Below, one piece after another: positions 1 through 8,214 of a DNA stretch of 32,000 bases (position 1 is the stretch's first letter; every line of letters begins with the position of its first letter). Under the pieces are notes generated by a model. That model did not search any database and was not told where the DNA came from. It worked only from the letters and a program-made list of their open reading frames with translations. Position numbers and translations under genes: made by a program. This DNA is from an uncultured Actinomycetes bacterium. GTDB lineage: Bacteria > Actinomycetota > Actinomycetes > S36-B12 > CAIYMF01. The stretch lies in assembly GCA_963843975.1 (NCBI GenBank), contig CAWJMG010000001.1:30001-62000 (forward strand), written 5' to 3'.

Positions 1-716
1 GCCCCGGTGCGCCGCAGCAGTGCCAGGGGCGGGCGCTCGGCGCAGCAGTGGATGACCGCTGCTGCGTCGACCCCGTGCACGGCGTCGACCAGCGCGGCGA
101 GGGAAGCCTCGACGACGTGCTGCTCGACCGCGGCGTACCGGCCCCGACCGCTCTGGGTCGGGAGCGATCCGACGAGCACGGCAGGGAGCGCCGGCTCGTC
201 GAACCACAGCATGATCCGCGCCGCCGGCACCCGGCGGCGCAGCTCGGCGACGTGCGCCTCGGCCGCCTGCGCGAGCGCGCCGGCGAGGTCGCGGCACGCC
301 CCTGCGTCGCGCACGGCCCGCTCGCCCCGGCGCAGCTCGATCGCCGCTGCGAGGGTCCACGGGCCGGTGAGCGAGGCACCGACCCAGCCGTCGTAGCCGT
401 CGAGCGCCTCCTCGAACGCGTCGAGGTCCTCGGCGAGCCACGAGCGGGCGCGTCGCATGGACCGGCCCGGGGCGTCGGCGAAGCGCCACCCGTCCGGCGT
501 CGTCTCCACGGCGAGGTCGGGCGCGATGTCGGCGAGCAGCCCGGCGGTCCGTCCGACCATGTCGGCGCCGGGCCCGCGGGCCGGCAGCTCGGGCAGGTGC
601 GGGACGCCGTCCCCCTGGCCGAGCTCGCCCACCACGAGGCCGACGGCGTCCACGGGCGAGGTGCCCGGCATGGATCCCACAGCGGTCACCGCGGCGGGGA
701 CCAGGTCATCGAGCAC
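1..716 (-). CDS. Cobalamin-independent methionine synthase (MetE catalytic-domain-like) family protein, Rv3015c-like. N-terminal part only, because the gene runs off the window start.
   Basis: Absent from the ORF track because there is no stop in the window. Manual reverse translation from GTG (716-714) gives VLDDLVPAAVTAVGSMPGTSPVDAVGLVVGELGQGDGVPHLPELPARGPGADMVGRTAGLLADIAPDL...RIMLWFDEPALPAVLVGSLPTQSG and stays open to position 1. An in-frame TAG lies just upstream. The plus-strand ORFs here are Arg/Gly-rich mirror frames. Confidence 0.6.
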   Translation of the reverse strand, partial: MLDDLVPAAVTAVGSMPGTSPVDAVGLVVGELGQGDGVPHLPELPARGPGADMVGRTAGLLADIAPDLAVETTPDGWRFADAPGRSMRRARSWLAEDLDAFEEALDGYDGWVGASLTGPWTLAAAIELRRGERAVRDAGACRDLAGALAQAAEAHVAELRRRVPAARIMLWFDEPALPAVLVGSLPTQSGRGRYAAVEQHVVEASLAALVDAVHGVDAAAVIHCCAERPPLALLRRTG

Positions 717-720
717 CAGC

Positions 721-744
721 CGACCCTAGCCCTGGCTAGGGTCG
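721..744. promoter_or_regulatory. Perfect 10+4+10 palindrome CGACCCTAGC-CCTG-GCTAGGGTCG. It contains two back-to-back TAGGGT -10-like boxes for the divergent genes starting at 716 and 749.
   Basis: Read directly from the sequence. TAGGGT at 737-742 lies 6 nt before GTG 749. Its mirror copy at 728-723 (minus strand) lies 6 nt before GTG 716. The whole intergenic gap is only 32 bp and has no SD on either side. Confidence 0.55.
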
Positions 745-748
745 CGAC

Positions 749-1453
749 GTGTCCTCCGCTCTGCTGGCCGCCGACGTCGTCCTCGACGTCCTGCCGACCG
801 CGCTCCCGGCCTGGACGCAGCTCGCCGCCGTGGGCGTCGGAGCGGTGGCCGGTGCTGCATATGCCGCGAGGCGCGGGTTCGACGTCGTCGGCATCCTCGG
901 CCTCGCGGTCGCCCAGGGCCTCGGCGGCCTGCTGCTGCGCGACACCCTGCTGCAGCGCGGCACCTCCGTCGTGCTGCTCGACGGGCGCTACCTGCTCATC
1001 GCCGTCGGCGCGGCCGTGATCGGCTTCTTCTTCGCCGGCCTGATCGACCGCCTCGACGCCGTGGTCGTGGTGCTCGACGCCGCGGCGCTCGGCTTCCTGT
1101 GCACCGTCGGTGCGGCGTCGGCGCTGCGGATCCAGCTGTCGTGGATAGCGGCGGTCTTCATCGGGACGGCGACGGCTGCGGGCGGCCTGATCCTGCGCGA
1201 CCTCCTCGCCGGCGAGCCCCCGCGCGTTCTGCGGCCCGGCGTGATCACGGCGGCCGTGGGCCTCCTCGGGGCGCTCACGTTCACCGGACTCGTGCTGCTC
1301 ACCCCGATCGCGGACGGCCAGGCGCAGATCATCGCGATCCTCGTCGTGTTCGTCGTGCGCGTGCTGGCCGTCAGATACTCCTGGCGCACCCGGCCGGCGC
1401 AGGACCTCGGCGAGCGCGTCTGGTCCCTCTGGTCGCGACCGGACCCGCCATGA
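749..1453 (+). CDS. TRIC (trimeric intracellular cation channel) / UPF0126 family membrane protein, paralog 1
   Basis: 234-aa ORF, polytopic and hydrophobic. It has two internal repeats with degenerate G-G-x-x-x-R-D motifs (GLGGLLLRDTLL, AAGGLILRDLL). GTG start. Confidence 0.75.
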   Translation: MSSALLAADVVLDVLPTALPAWTQLAAVGVGAVAGAAYAARRGFDVVGILGLAVAQGLGGLLLRDTLLQRGTSVVLLDGRYLLIAVGAAVIGFFFAGLIDRLDAVVVVLDAAALGFLCTVGAASALRIQLSWIAAVFIGTATAAGGLILRDLLAGEPPRVLRPGVITAAVGLLGALTFTGLVLLTPIADGQAQIIAILVVFVVRVLAVRYSWRTRPAQDLGERVWSLWSRPDPP

Positions 1454-2166
1454 GCACGCTCGGCGTGACCGTCGTCTACGACGTCCTCGCGCTCCCCTAC
1501 TGGCTCGAGATGGCCGCCGTGACGTTCGGCGCCCTCTCCGGCGCTCTGCACGCGACGCGCAAGGGCCTCGACCTGGTGGGCGTCTTCACCCTCGCTCTCG
1601 TGACGGGTGTCGGCGGCGGCATCGTCCGCGACGTGCTGCTGCAGTCCGGCGTGCCCGTCTTCCTGCGCAACCCGGCGTACCTCGGCAGCGCAGTGCTCGC
1701 GGCCGTCGTCGCCGTCGTGCTCGCGCGGATCGTCCGGCAGGCCCTGCCGGTGATCGGGATCGTCGACACGCTGCTGATCGGCGCCTGGGTCGTGCTCGGC
1801 GCCGAGCGGGCGCTGCACATCGACCTCAGCCTCTCGGCCGCCGCGTTCCTGGGCGTGCTGACCGCCATCGGCGGCGGGCTCGTGCGCGACCTGCTCGTGG
1901 GCGAGGTGCCGACGACGTTCCTGCCGGGGCAGTGGTACGCCACGGCAGCTATCGCGTCGGCCACGGCGTACGTGCTCATCGTCGGTGCCGGGGGCACCCT
2001 CGACGTCGCGCGCGTGGTGGCGATCGTCGTCGCCGCGGGGCTCCGCGGCGCGTCGGTGCAGTGGAACTGGCGGACGCCGACGGCGTACGACGTCTGGGCC
2101 GACCTGGAGGAACGCGTCACCCGCGGCCTGTCCTCGACCCGCGACGCGCGCGCCGACCAGACCTGA
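1450..2166 (+). CDS. TRIC / UPF0126 family membrane protein, paralog 2
   Basis: ATG at 1450 overlaps the stop of the upstream gene (ATGA). The product MSTLGVTVVYDVLALPYWLEMAAVTFGALSGALHATRKGLD carries two canonical GGG-x-VRD motifs (GVGGGIVRDVLL, AIGGGLVRDLLV). Confidence 0.8.
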   Translation: MSTLGVTVVYDVLALPYWLEMAAVTFGALSGALHATRKGLDLVGVFTLALVTGVGGGIVRDVLLQSGVPVFLRNPAYLGSAVLAAVVAVVLARIVRQALPVIGIVDTLLIGAWVVLGAERALHIDLSLSAAAFLGVLTAIGGGLVRDLLVGEVPTTFLPGQWYATAAIASATAYVLIVGAGGTLDVARVVAIVVAAGLRGASVQWNWRTPTAYDVWADLEERVTRGLSSTRDARADQT

Positions 2167-2176
2167 GGCGGGACGG

Positions 2177-3268
2177 TCAGGAGCGGCCCGTGCGGCTGAT
2201 CGTGGCGCTGCCGACGACGCGCGTGCCGTCGTAGACCACGACGGCCTGGCCCGGCGCGACGCCACGGGTGCGCGAGCGCAGCGACGCGACCAGCAGCTCG
2301 GCGCCGCCACTGCCCTCCACGGACACGACGGCCTCGATCGGGTCGCCGTGCGCACGCAGCTGCACAGAACCCTCGATCGGTGCGTCGGGGACGGCGCCGC
2401 ACCAGCGGGGCCGCACTCCCTCGACGCGGTCGACCTCCAGCAGCACCGGAGGGCCGACCATCACGGTGGAGGTCGCGACGTCGACGCCGACGACGTAGCG
2501 CCGCCCGCCGTCGTCAGCCGGCCGTCCGAGGTGCAGGCCGCGGCGCTGACCGACCGTGAAGGCGAAGGCGCCGTCGTGCTGGCCGAGGGTCTCGCCCGAC
2601 TCGGCGTCGACGACGTCGCCGGGCGCGTCGCCGAGGCGGTCGCGCAGCCAGCCGCCGGTGTCGCCGTCCGGGATGAAGCAGATGTCGTGGCTGTCGGGCT
2701 TGTCCGCCACGAGGAGGCCCCGCCGCGCGGCCTCGGCGCGCACCTCGTCCTTGGTGGAGGAGCCCAGCGGGAACATCGCGCCGGCGAGCTGCGTGGCGTC
2801 GAGCACCGCGAGCACGTACGACTGGTCCTTCGCCTCGTCGACCGCACGATGCAGCTCTCGCCCCTGCGGCCCGTCGACAAGACGCGCGTAGTGGCCCGTC
2901 GCCACGGCGTCGAAGCCGAGCCCGAGCGCGCGGTCGAGGACGGCGGAGAACTTGATCTTCTCGTTGCAGCGCAGGCACGGGTTGGGCGTGCGGCCCGCGG
3001 CGTACTCGGCGACGAAGTCGTCGACCACGTCCTCCGCGAACCGCTCCGAGAGGTCCCACACGTAGAACGGGATGCCGAGGACGTCGGCCACGCGTCGCGC
3101 GTCGCGCGCGTCCTCCAGCGTGCAGCACCCGCGGGCACCCGTGCGGTGGCTCTGCGGGTTGCGGGCGAGCGCGAGGTGGATCCCCGTGACGTCGTGCCCC
3201 GCCTGCACCGCGCGGGCCGCGGCGACCGCGGAGTCGACGCCGCCGGAGAGGGCGGCGACGACCTTCAT
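2177..3268 (-). CDS. mnmA: tRNA 2-thiouridine(34) synthase MnmA
   Basis: [34 protein letters not shown] (PP-loop SGGVDS), then [12 protein letters not shown] and DQSYVL motifs. Internal ATG of the 598-aa ORF, placed by frame arithmetic. It overlaps the iscS stop by ATGA. Confidence 0.93.
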   Translation of the reverse strand: MKVVAALSGGVDSAVAAARAVQAGHDVTGIHLALARNPQSHRTGARGCCTLEDARDARRVADVLGIPFYVWDLSERFAEDVVDDFVAEYAAGRTPNPCLRCNEKIKFSAVLDRALGLGFDAVATGHYARLVDGPQGRELHRAVDEAKDQSYVLAVLDATQLAGAMFPLGSSTKDEVRAEAARRGLLVADKPDSHDICFIPDGDTGGWLRDRLGDAPGDVVDAESGETLGQHDGAFAFTVGQRRGLHLGRPADDGGRRYVVGVDVATSTVMVGPPVLLEVDRVEGVRPRWCGAVPDAPIEGSVQLRAHGDPIEAVVSVEGSGGAELLVASLRSRTRGVAPGQAVVVYDGTRVVGSATISRTGRS

Positions 3269-4449
3269 CGTCCGACCCCTGCCCGCCGGGCGCGCGCGAC
3301 GACGGCCGGCAGCGCCTCGACGAGACGGGCGACGTCGTCCTCCGTGGAGCACCAGCCGAGCGAGAAGCGCAGCGAGCCGCGGGCTGCGACGGGGTCGACG
3401 CCCATCGCGAGCATCACGTGGCTCGGCTGCGGGACGCCTGCGGAGCAGGCCGACCCGCGCGAGCACTCGACACCTGCGGCGTCGAGCAGCAGGAGCAGCG
3501 AGTCGCCCTCGCAGCCTGCGAACGACAGGTGGGCGATGCCCGGCAGCGAGCCGTGCGGGTCGCCGTTGCGGGTGACGTCCGAGACCGTCGCGAGCACCTC
3601 GGCGACGAGCTCGTCGCGGAGCCTGGCCATGCGCTGCGTGCGGACGTCGAAGTCGGCCATCGAGGCGGTGAGCGCGGCGGCGAGCGCCGCGATGCCGGCG
3701 GTGTCGACGGTGCCCGAGCGGATCTCGCGCTCCTGACCGCCTCCGTGCACCAGCGGCACGGGTGTGAGACCACGGCGCAGCACGAGGGCGCCGACCCCCA
3801 CCGGGGCACCGATCTTGTGGCCCGACAGGGCGAGGGAGTCGACGACCGACGCATCGACCTCGAGCGCACCCACCGCCTGCACGGCGTCGCTGTGGAACGG
3901 GATCCCGCGCTCGGCGGCGAGGGCCGCCACCTCCGCGACGGGCTGGATCGTGCCGACCTCGTTGTTGGCCCACATCACGGTGACGAGCGCGATCTCGTCG
4001 GCGTGCTCGTCGAGCTCGGTCTTCAGCCAGCCGAGGTCGACACGGCCGACGTCGTCGACCGGCAGCCAGGAGACCTGCGCACCCTCGCGCGCGCCGAGCC
4101 AGTCGACGGGGTCCATCACTGCGTGGTGCTCGACGGCGCTCGCGAGCACCCGGGTGCGACGGGGGTCCTCGGCCCGACGGGCGCGGTAGATGCCGAGGAC
4201 GGCGAGGTTGTCCGCCTCGGTGCCGCCGGAGGTGAACACGACGTCACCGGCGCGTACGCCGAGCGCCGATGCGACCGCCTCGCGCGACTCCTCGACGACG
4301 CGTCGCGCGCGACGGCCCGAGGTGTGCTGCGACGACGGGTTGCCCACCAGGGCGAGCTCGGCGGTGAGGGCCTCGAGCGCCTCGGGCCGCAGCGGGGTGG
4401 TGGCAGCGTGGTCGAGGTAGACCGCGCCATGTCCCGTCACGTCGACCAC
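3265..4449 (-). CDS. iscS: Cysteine desulfurase (class V aminotransferase, IscS/NifS-like)
   Basis: 394-aa ORF with YLDHAATTP, the PLP-Lys motif [12 protein letters not shown] and the active-site loop SRGSACSAG. Translationally coupled to mnmA, as in Rv3025c/Rv3024c. Confidence 0.88.
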   Translation of the reverse strand: MVDVTGHGAVYLDHAATTPLRPEALEALTAELALVGNPSSQHTSGRRARRVVEESREAVASALGVRAGDVVFTSGGTEADNLAVLGIYRARRAEDPRRTRVLASAVEHHAVMDPVDWLGAREGAQVSWLPVDDVGRVDLGWLKTELDEHADEIALVTVMWANNEVGTIQPVAEVAALAAERGIPFHSDAVQAVGALEVDASVVDSLALSGHKIGAPVGVGALVLRRGLTPVPLVHGGGQEREIRSGTVDTAGIAALAAALTASMADFDVRTQRMARLRDELVAEVLATVSDVTRNGDPHGSLPGIAHLSFAGCEGDSLLLLLDAAGVECSRGSACSAGVPQPSHVMLAMGVDPVAARGSLRFSLGWCSTEDDVARLVEALPAVVARARRAGVGR

Positions 4450-4472
4450 GCCCGCGAGTGTAGGTCAGGCGA

Positions 4473-4512
4473 CGACGAGGGGCCCGACCGTTGCCGGTCG
4501 GGCCCCTCGTCG
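4473..4512 (-). terminator. Intrinsic-type hairpin downstream of etfA: 18-bp perfect stem, 4-nt loop, no U-tract
   Basis: CGACGAGGGGCCCGACCG-TTGC-CGGTCGGGCCCCTCGTCG read directly. It lies 18 nt past the etfA stop and just upstream of the TACACT -10-like box (4462-4457, minus strand) that precedes the iscS GTG by 7 nt. Confidence 0.7.
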
Positions 4513-4529
4513 ACGTGCTGGCAGCGGGC

Positions 4530-5484
4530 TCAGCCCTTGCGCTTGACGACCTCGTCGGTGAGCTGCGGGACGACCTTGAACAGGTCGCCCACGACGCCGT
4601 AGTCGGCGAGCTCGAAGATCGGGGCCTCGGCGTCCTTGTTGACCGCGACGATGGTCTTGGACGTCTGCATGCCGGCCCGGTGCTGGATCGCGCCGGAGAT
4701 GCCGTTGGCGACGTACAGCTGCGGCGACACGGTCTTGCCGGTCTGCCCCACCTGGAACGCGTGCGGGTACCAGCCGGCGTCGGTGGCGGCGCGGCTACGC
4801 GCCGACTGCGGCACCGAGGGAGTCCGCGAGCGCCTCGATCACGCCGAAGCCCTCAGGCCCGCCCACGCCACGGCCGCCGGAGACCACGATCGCGGCCTCG
4901 GTGAGCTCGGGGCGGCCGGACTTGGCACGCGGCTCGACGCCGGTGATCTTCGCCGACGTCGCGACCTCGCTGAACGCCACGGTCACGTTCTCGACCGCCG
5001 GGGTGGCCGGGGCCTCCTCGGGTGCGGCCGCGTTCGGCTTGACCGTGATGATCGGGGTGCCGGTGGTGACCTTGGCCTGCACGCTCCACGAGCCGGCGAA
5101 CACCGACTGCGTCGCGGTGCCGTCGGCGGCGACGTCGACCGCGTCGGTGACGATGCCGCTGCCGGTCTTGACCGCCAGGCGGGCCGCGATCTCCTTGCCC
5201 TCGGCGGACGAGGTGATCAGCACCGCTGACGGGCTCACCTGGGCCACCACCGCGGCCAGGGCGTCGGCCTTGGGCGCGACGAGGAACGAGCCGAGCTCCG
5301 GCGCGTCGACGACGTACACCGTGGTGGCGCCGAAGCGGCCGAGGGTGTCGAGCGCGTTCGCCGAGCCCTGACCGAGGAACACCGCGACCGGCTCGCCCAT
5401 GCGGCGCGCGATCGTGAGCAGCTCGGTGGTCGGCTTCTTCACAACACCGTCGACGTGGTCGACGACGACAAGGACCTGTCCCAT
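4530..5484 (-). pseudogene. etfA: Electron transfer flavoprotein alpha subunit (EtfA/FixB), interrupted by a 1-nt insertion that creates an in-frame TAG
   Basis: ORF 4795..5619 (from its internal ATG at 5484) reads MGQVLVVVDHVDG...[33 protein letters not shown] 4530..4814, in another frame, continues [61 protein letters not shown]. The coding strand reads GGC GCG T AGC CGC. Deleting the T (plus-strand A at 4797) restores one 317-aa EtfA. Confidence 0.85.
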
Positions 5485-5498
5485 GACTGCCACGCCTC

Positions 5499-6278
5499 TC
5501 AGATGAACTTGCCGGTCGCGAGGTACTCGGCGAGCTTCACGCCGCCGTCGCCCTCGTCGGTCACCACGACACCGGCCTGGCGCGGGGGTCGCTTGGAGGT
5601 GTCCTCCACCACCGACCACGCGGCGCCCAGGCCCACCGACGCCGGGTCGATGCCCAGGTCGGCGAGGGTCAGGGTGGTCACGGGCTTCTTCTTCGCCGCC
5701 ATGATCCCCTTGAACGACGGGTAGCGGGCCTCACCGGTCTGGTCGGTCACGCTGACCAGCGCCGGCAGCGGCGCGGTGATCGTGGTCGACGCGTCGTCGT
5801 CGTCGCGGCGGATCGTCACGACGCCGCCCTCGACGGCCAGCGACGACGCGAACGTCAGACCCGGCAGGCCCAGGCGCTCGGACAGCATCGCGGGGACGAC
5901 GCTCATCGTGCCGTCGGTCGAGGCCATCCCGCAGACGACGAGGTCGTACTCCAGGGTGCCCAGGGCCTTGGCGAGCACCAGCGACGTCGCGAGCGCGTCG
6001 CTGCCGTGCAGGGCGTCGTCGACGACGTGCACCGCGGCGTCGCCGCCCATCGACAGCGCCTTGCGCAGCGCCTCGCCGGCGGCCTCGGGGCCCATGGTCA
6101 GGTAGGTGATCTCACCCTCGCCCGCCTTCTCCACCACCTGCAGAGCCTGCTCGACGGCGTACTCGTCGAGCTCGGACAGGCGGCCGTCGACAGCGGCTCG
6201 GTCAGTGGTGCGGTCAGCGGCGAAGCCACGGTCACCCGCGGCATCCGGCACATGCTTGACCAGGACGACGATCTTCAT
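5499..6278 (-). CDS. etfB: Electron transfer flavoprotein beta subunit (EtfB/FixA)
   Basis: MKIVVLVKHVPDAAGDRGF...DEYAVEQAL...YPSFKGIMAAKKKPV. Internal ATG of the 278-aa ORF. The gene ends 14 nt upstream of the etfA start. Confidence 0.92.
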   Translation of the reverse strand: MKIVVLVKHVPDAAGDRGFAADRTTDRAAVDGRLSELDEYAVEQALQVVEKAGEGEITYLTMGPEAAGEALRKALSMGGDAAVHVVDDALHGSDALATSLVLAKALGTLEYDLVVCGMASTDGTMSVVPAMLSERLGLPGLTFASSLAVEGGVVTIRRDDDDASTTITAPLPALVSVTDQTGEARYPSFKGIMAAKKKPVTTLTLADLGIDPASVGLGAAWSVVEDTSKRPPRQAGVVVTDEGDGGVKLAEYLATGKFI

Positions 6279-6625
6279 GGTCGGGGTCCGACCTCCTCGA
6301 CGAGCGCACGGCTCATGGACGGGAACGTGCTCCACAGCATGCCCGGACGGTGTACCGCGCGCAGGCGGCGGCCCCCCAGGTCTGCCGGTCGACAGGTTAC
6401 CCGCCGGTAACTCCGCGCGCGAACCAGCACCGCCGCCCCAGGCCGCGGCGCCACCCGCGCGCCGTCGTCACGACGCTGTGTGACGACCGGCGCGGCGTAC
6501 GGGTGGACCTCCCCGCGCAGGCGGGTGAGCGGCTGAGCCGCACGGGGGAACGGGCCTCAGCCTCGGCGCGGTTCGGGTCGAAGCGCTCACGACGGGCCGT
6601 GGGGGCCCGCCGGGAGGGGACCATC

Positions 6626-8206
6626 GTGAGCCTGGCCGACACCGCCCTGAGCGACGTCGCGGCATCCGCGCGCCCGAGCCGGCGCCGCGTGCTGCAGGGG
6701 GCCGCGGTCGTCGCCGCGGCAGCCGCCGTCCCCGTCCTCGGGGCCACGGCAGCCGAGGCGGCCACCACGGGTGCCACGTACATCACGCCGAGCGCGCGGC
6801 ACCACCTGCTGCGCCGGGCGGCGTACGGCCCGACCGCCAAGTCGCTGGCCGACGTGAGCCGCCTCGGCCTCGCCGGCTGGGTCAACTGGCAGCTCGCGCC
6901 CGCCGGGATCCCCGACCCGCAGGTCGACGCGCTCCTCAAGCGCCTGCCCGTGCCCAACGACGGAACGCCGATCACGACGGTGAACGCGCTCCTCGAGGCA
7001 GGAACGATCGACGGCTGGCAGCAGTACATGTCGGTGCCGAAGTCCCTGATCATCCGGTCGGTCTGGTCGCAGCGGCAGCTCCTCACGGTCATGGAGGAGC
7101 TCTGGAGCGACCTGTTCAACGTGACGGTGCCGCACGACAACACCAACGAGTCTCGGGCGAACTACCAGTACACGATCCGCAGCCGCGCCCTCGGCAGGTT
7201 CGAGGACCTCCTCTGGGGCATCACGCGGCACCCCGCGATGCTCACCTACCTGAACAACCGCGACTCGACGAAGTACGCGCCGAACGAGAACCAGGGTCGC
7301 GAGCTGCTCGAGCTGCACTCCGTCGGCGTCGGCGCCGGCTACACCGAGACCGACATCAAGAACGCCGCGCGCATCCTCACGGGCATGTCGGTGGACGACA
7401 GGACCGGCGAGTTCTCCTACCAGTCGTGGATGCACTGGGTCGGCCCGGTGTCGGTGTTCGGCTTCACGCATCCGAACTCGGCCGCCGGCGGTGGCGAGGC
7501 GGTGGCCAAGGCGCTCGTGTCATACCTCGCGCACCACCCGAAGACGGCGCAACGGGTCGCGTTCCGGATCGCGCAGCGCTTCGTGTCCGACGACCCGTCG
7601 CCCGCGCTCGTCGCCGCGCTCGCCAGGACGTACACGAGGAACGGCACCGCGATCGCGCCGGTCGTGCGCCAGGTGCTGGGCTCGGCCGAGTTCGCGGCGG
7701 CCCGCGGTCTCAAGGTGCGTCGGCCCCTCGAGCACGTCGCGGCGACGCTGCGCGTGCTCGGCGTCGGCCCGGAGCCCGAGAGCCTCGACTCGATCAACTC
7801 GCTCATGTACCAGTGCCAGGACATGGGCCAGCGCCCGATGGCCTGGTCGCAGCCCGACGGCTTCCCCGACCGGGCCGACAACTGGCTCTCCACCGCGACC
7901 ACGCTCAACCGCTGGTCGTCGAGCCGCTACCTCGTCGAGGGCTGGGGCACCGGCAACCTCGTACGCCCCGAGCTCGCCACGCACCTGTTCGGCGCCACCA
8001 TGCCGAAGACGTACGGCGAGATGGTCGACAAGGCCTCGACGAAGCTGTTCGGCCGCATCCTCCCTACGGCGCACCGCAACGCGGTGATCACGTTCCTCGG
8101 CGCCAAGCCGCTCTCCCCGCTCACCCCCACGTCGTCCGCGCTCACGTGGCGGCTGCGGTCGTGGGTCGCCCTGATCCTCGACACGCCCTACCACCTCTAC
8201 CGGTGA
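6626..8206 (+). CDS. DUF1800 family protein with a twin-arginine (TAT) signal
   Basis: GTG at 6626 is preceded by GGGAGGGG. The N-terminus is VSLADTALSDVAASARPSRRRVLQGAAVVAAAAAVPVLGATAAEA. The body has DUF1800-like motifs (HLLRRAAYGP, MLTYLNN..S......NENQGRELLELHSVGV). Confidence 0.75.
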   Translation: MSLADTALSDVAASARPSRRRVLQGAAVVAAAAAVPVLGATAAEAATTGATYITPSARHHLLRRAAYGPTAKSLADVSRLGLAGWVNWQLAPAGIPDPQVDALLKRLPVPNDGTPITTVNALLEAGTIDGWQQYMSVPKSLIIRSVWSQRQLLTVMEELWSDLFNVTVPHDNTNESRANYQYTIRSRALGRFEDLLWGITRHPAMLTYLNNRDSTKYAPNENQGRELLELHSVGVGAGYTETDIKNAARILTGMSVDDRTGEFSYQSWMHWVGPVSVFGFTHPNSAAGGGEAVAKALVSYLAHHPKTAQRVAFRIAQRFVSDDPSPALVAALARTYTRNGTAIAPVVRQVLGSAEFAAARGLKVRRPLEHVAATLRVLGVGPEPESLDSINSLMYQCQDMGQRPMAWSQPDGFPDRADNWLSTATTLNRWSSSRYLVEGWGTGNLVRPELATHLFGATMPKTYGEMVDKASTKLFGRILPTAHRNAVITFLGAKPLSPLTPTSSALTWRLRSWVALILDTPYHLYR

Positions 8207-8214
8207 GGACAGCC

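Noticed and set aside
988-2355. 455-aa minus-strand ORF, with a similar one at 1497..2402, antisense to the two TRIC genes
   Set aside because: The translations are Arg/Ala/Pro/Gly-rich, as expected for off-frame or antisense reading of very high-GC coding DNA. The plus-strand frames give coherent membrane proteins with family motifs.
4790-4815. Programmed +1 ribosomal frameshift (RF2-like) at the etfA GCG-TAG-C site
   Set aside because: The P-site codon GCG cannot re-pair in the +1 frame (CGU). There is no slippery sequence and no stimulatory upstream SD. A simple 1-nt insertion, real or artefactual, is the simpler explanation.
6547-6573. GGAAC...GTT at 6547, and GGAAC at 26687-26691, as promoters for the ECF sigma encoded in this window
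   Set aside because: The spacing is 19 nt at 6547 rather than the usual 16-18. There is no GTT or CGTT at the right distance after 26691. GGAAC is expected to occur by chance in this composition. I kept it only as a caveat in the related findings.
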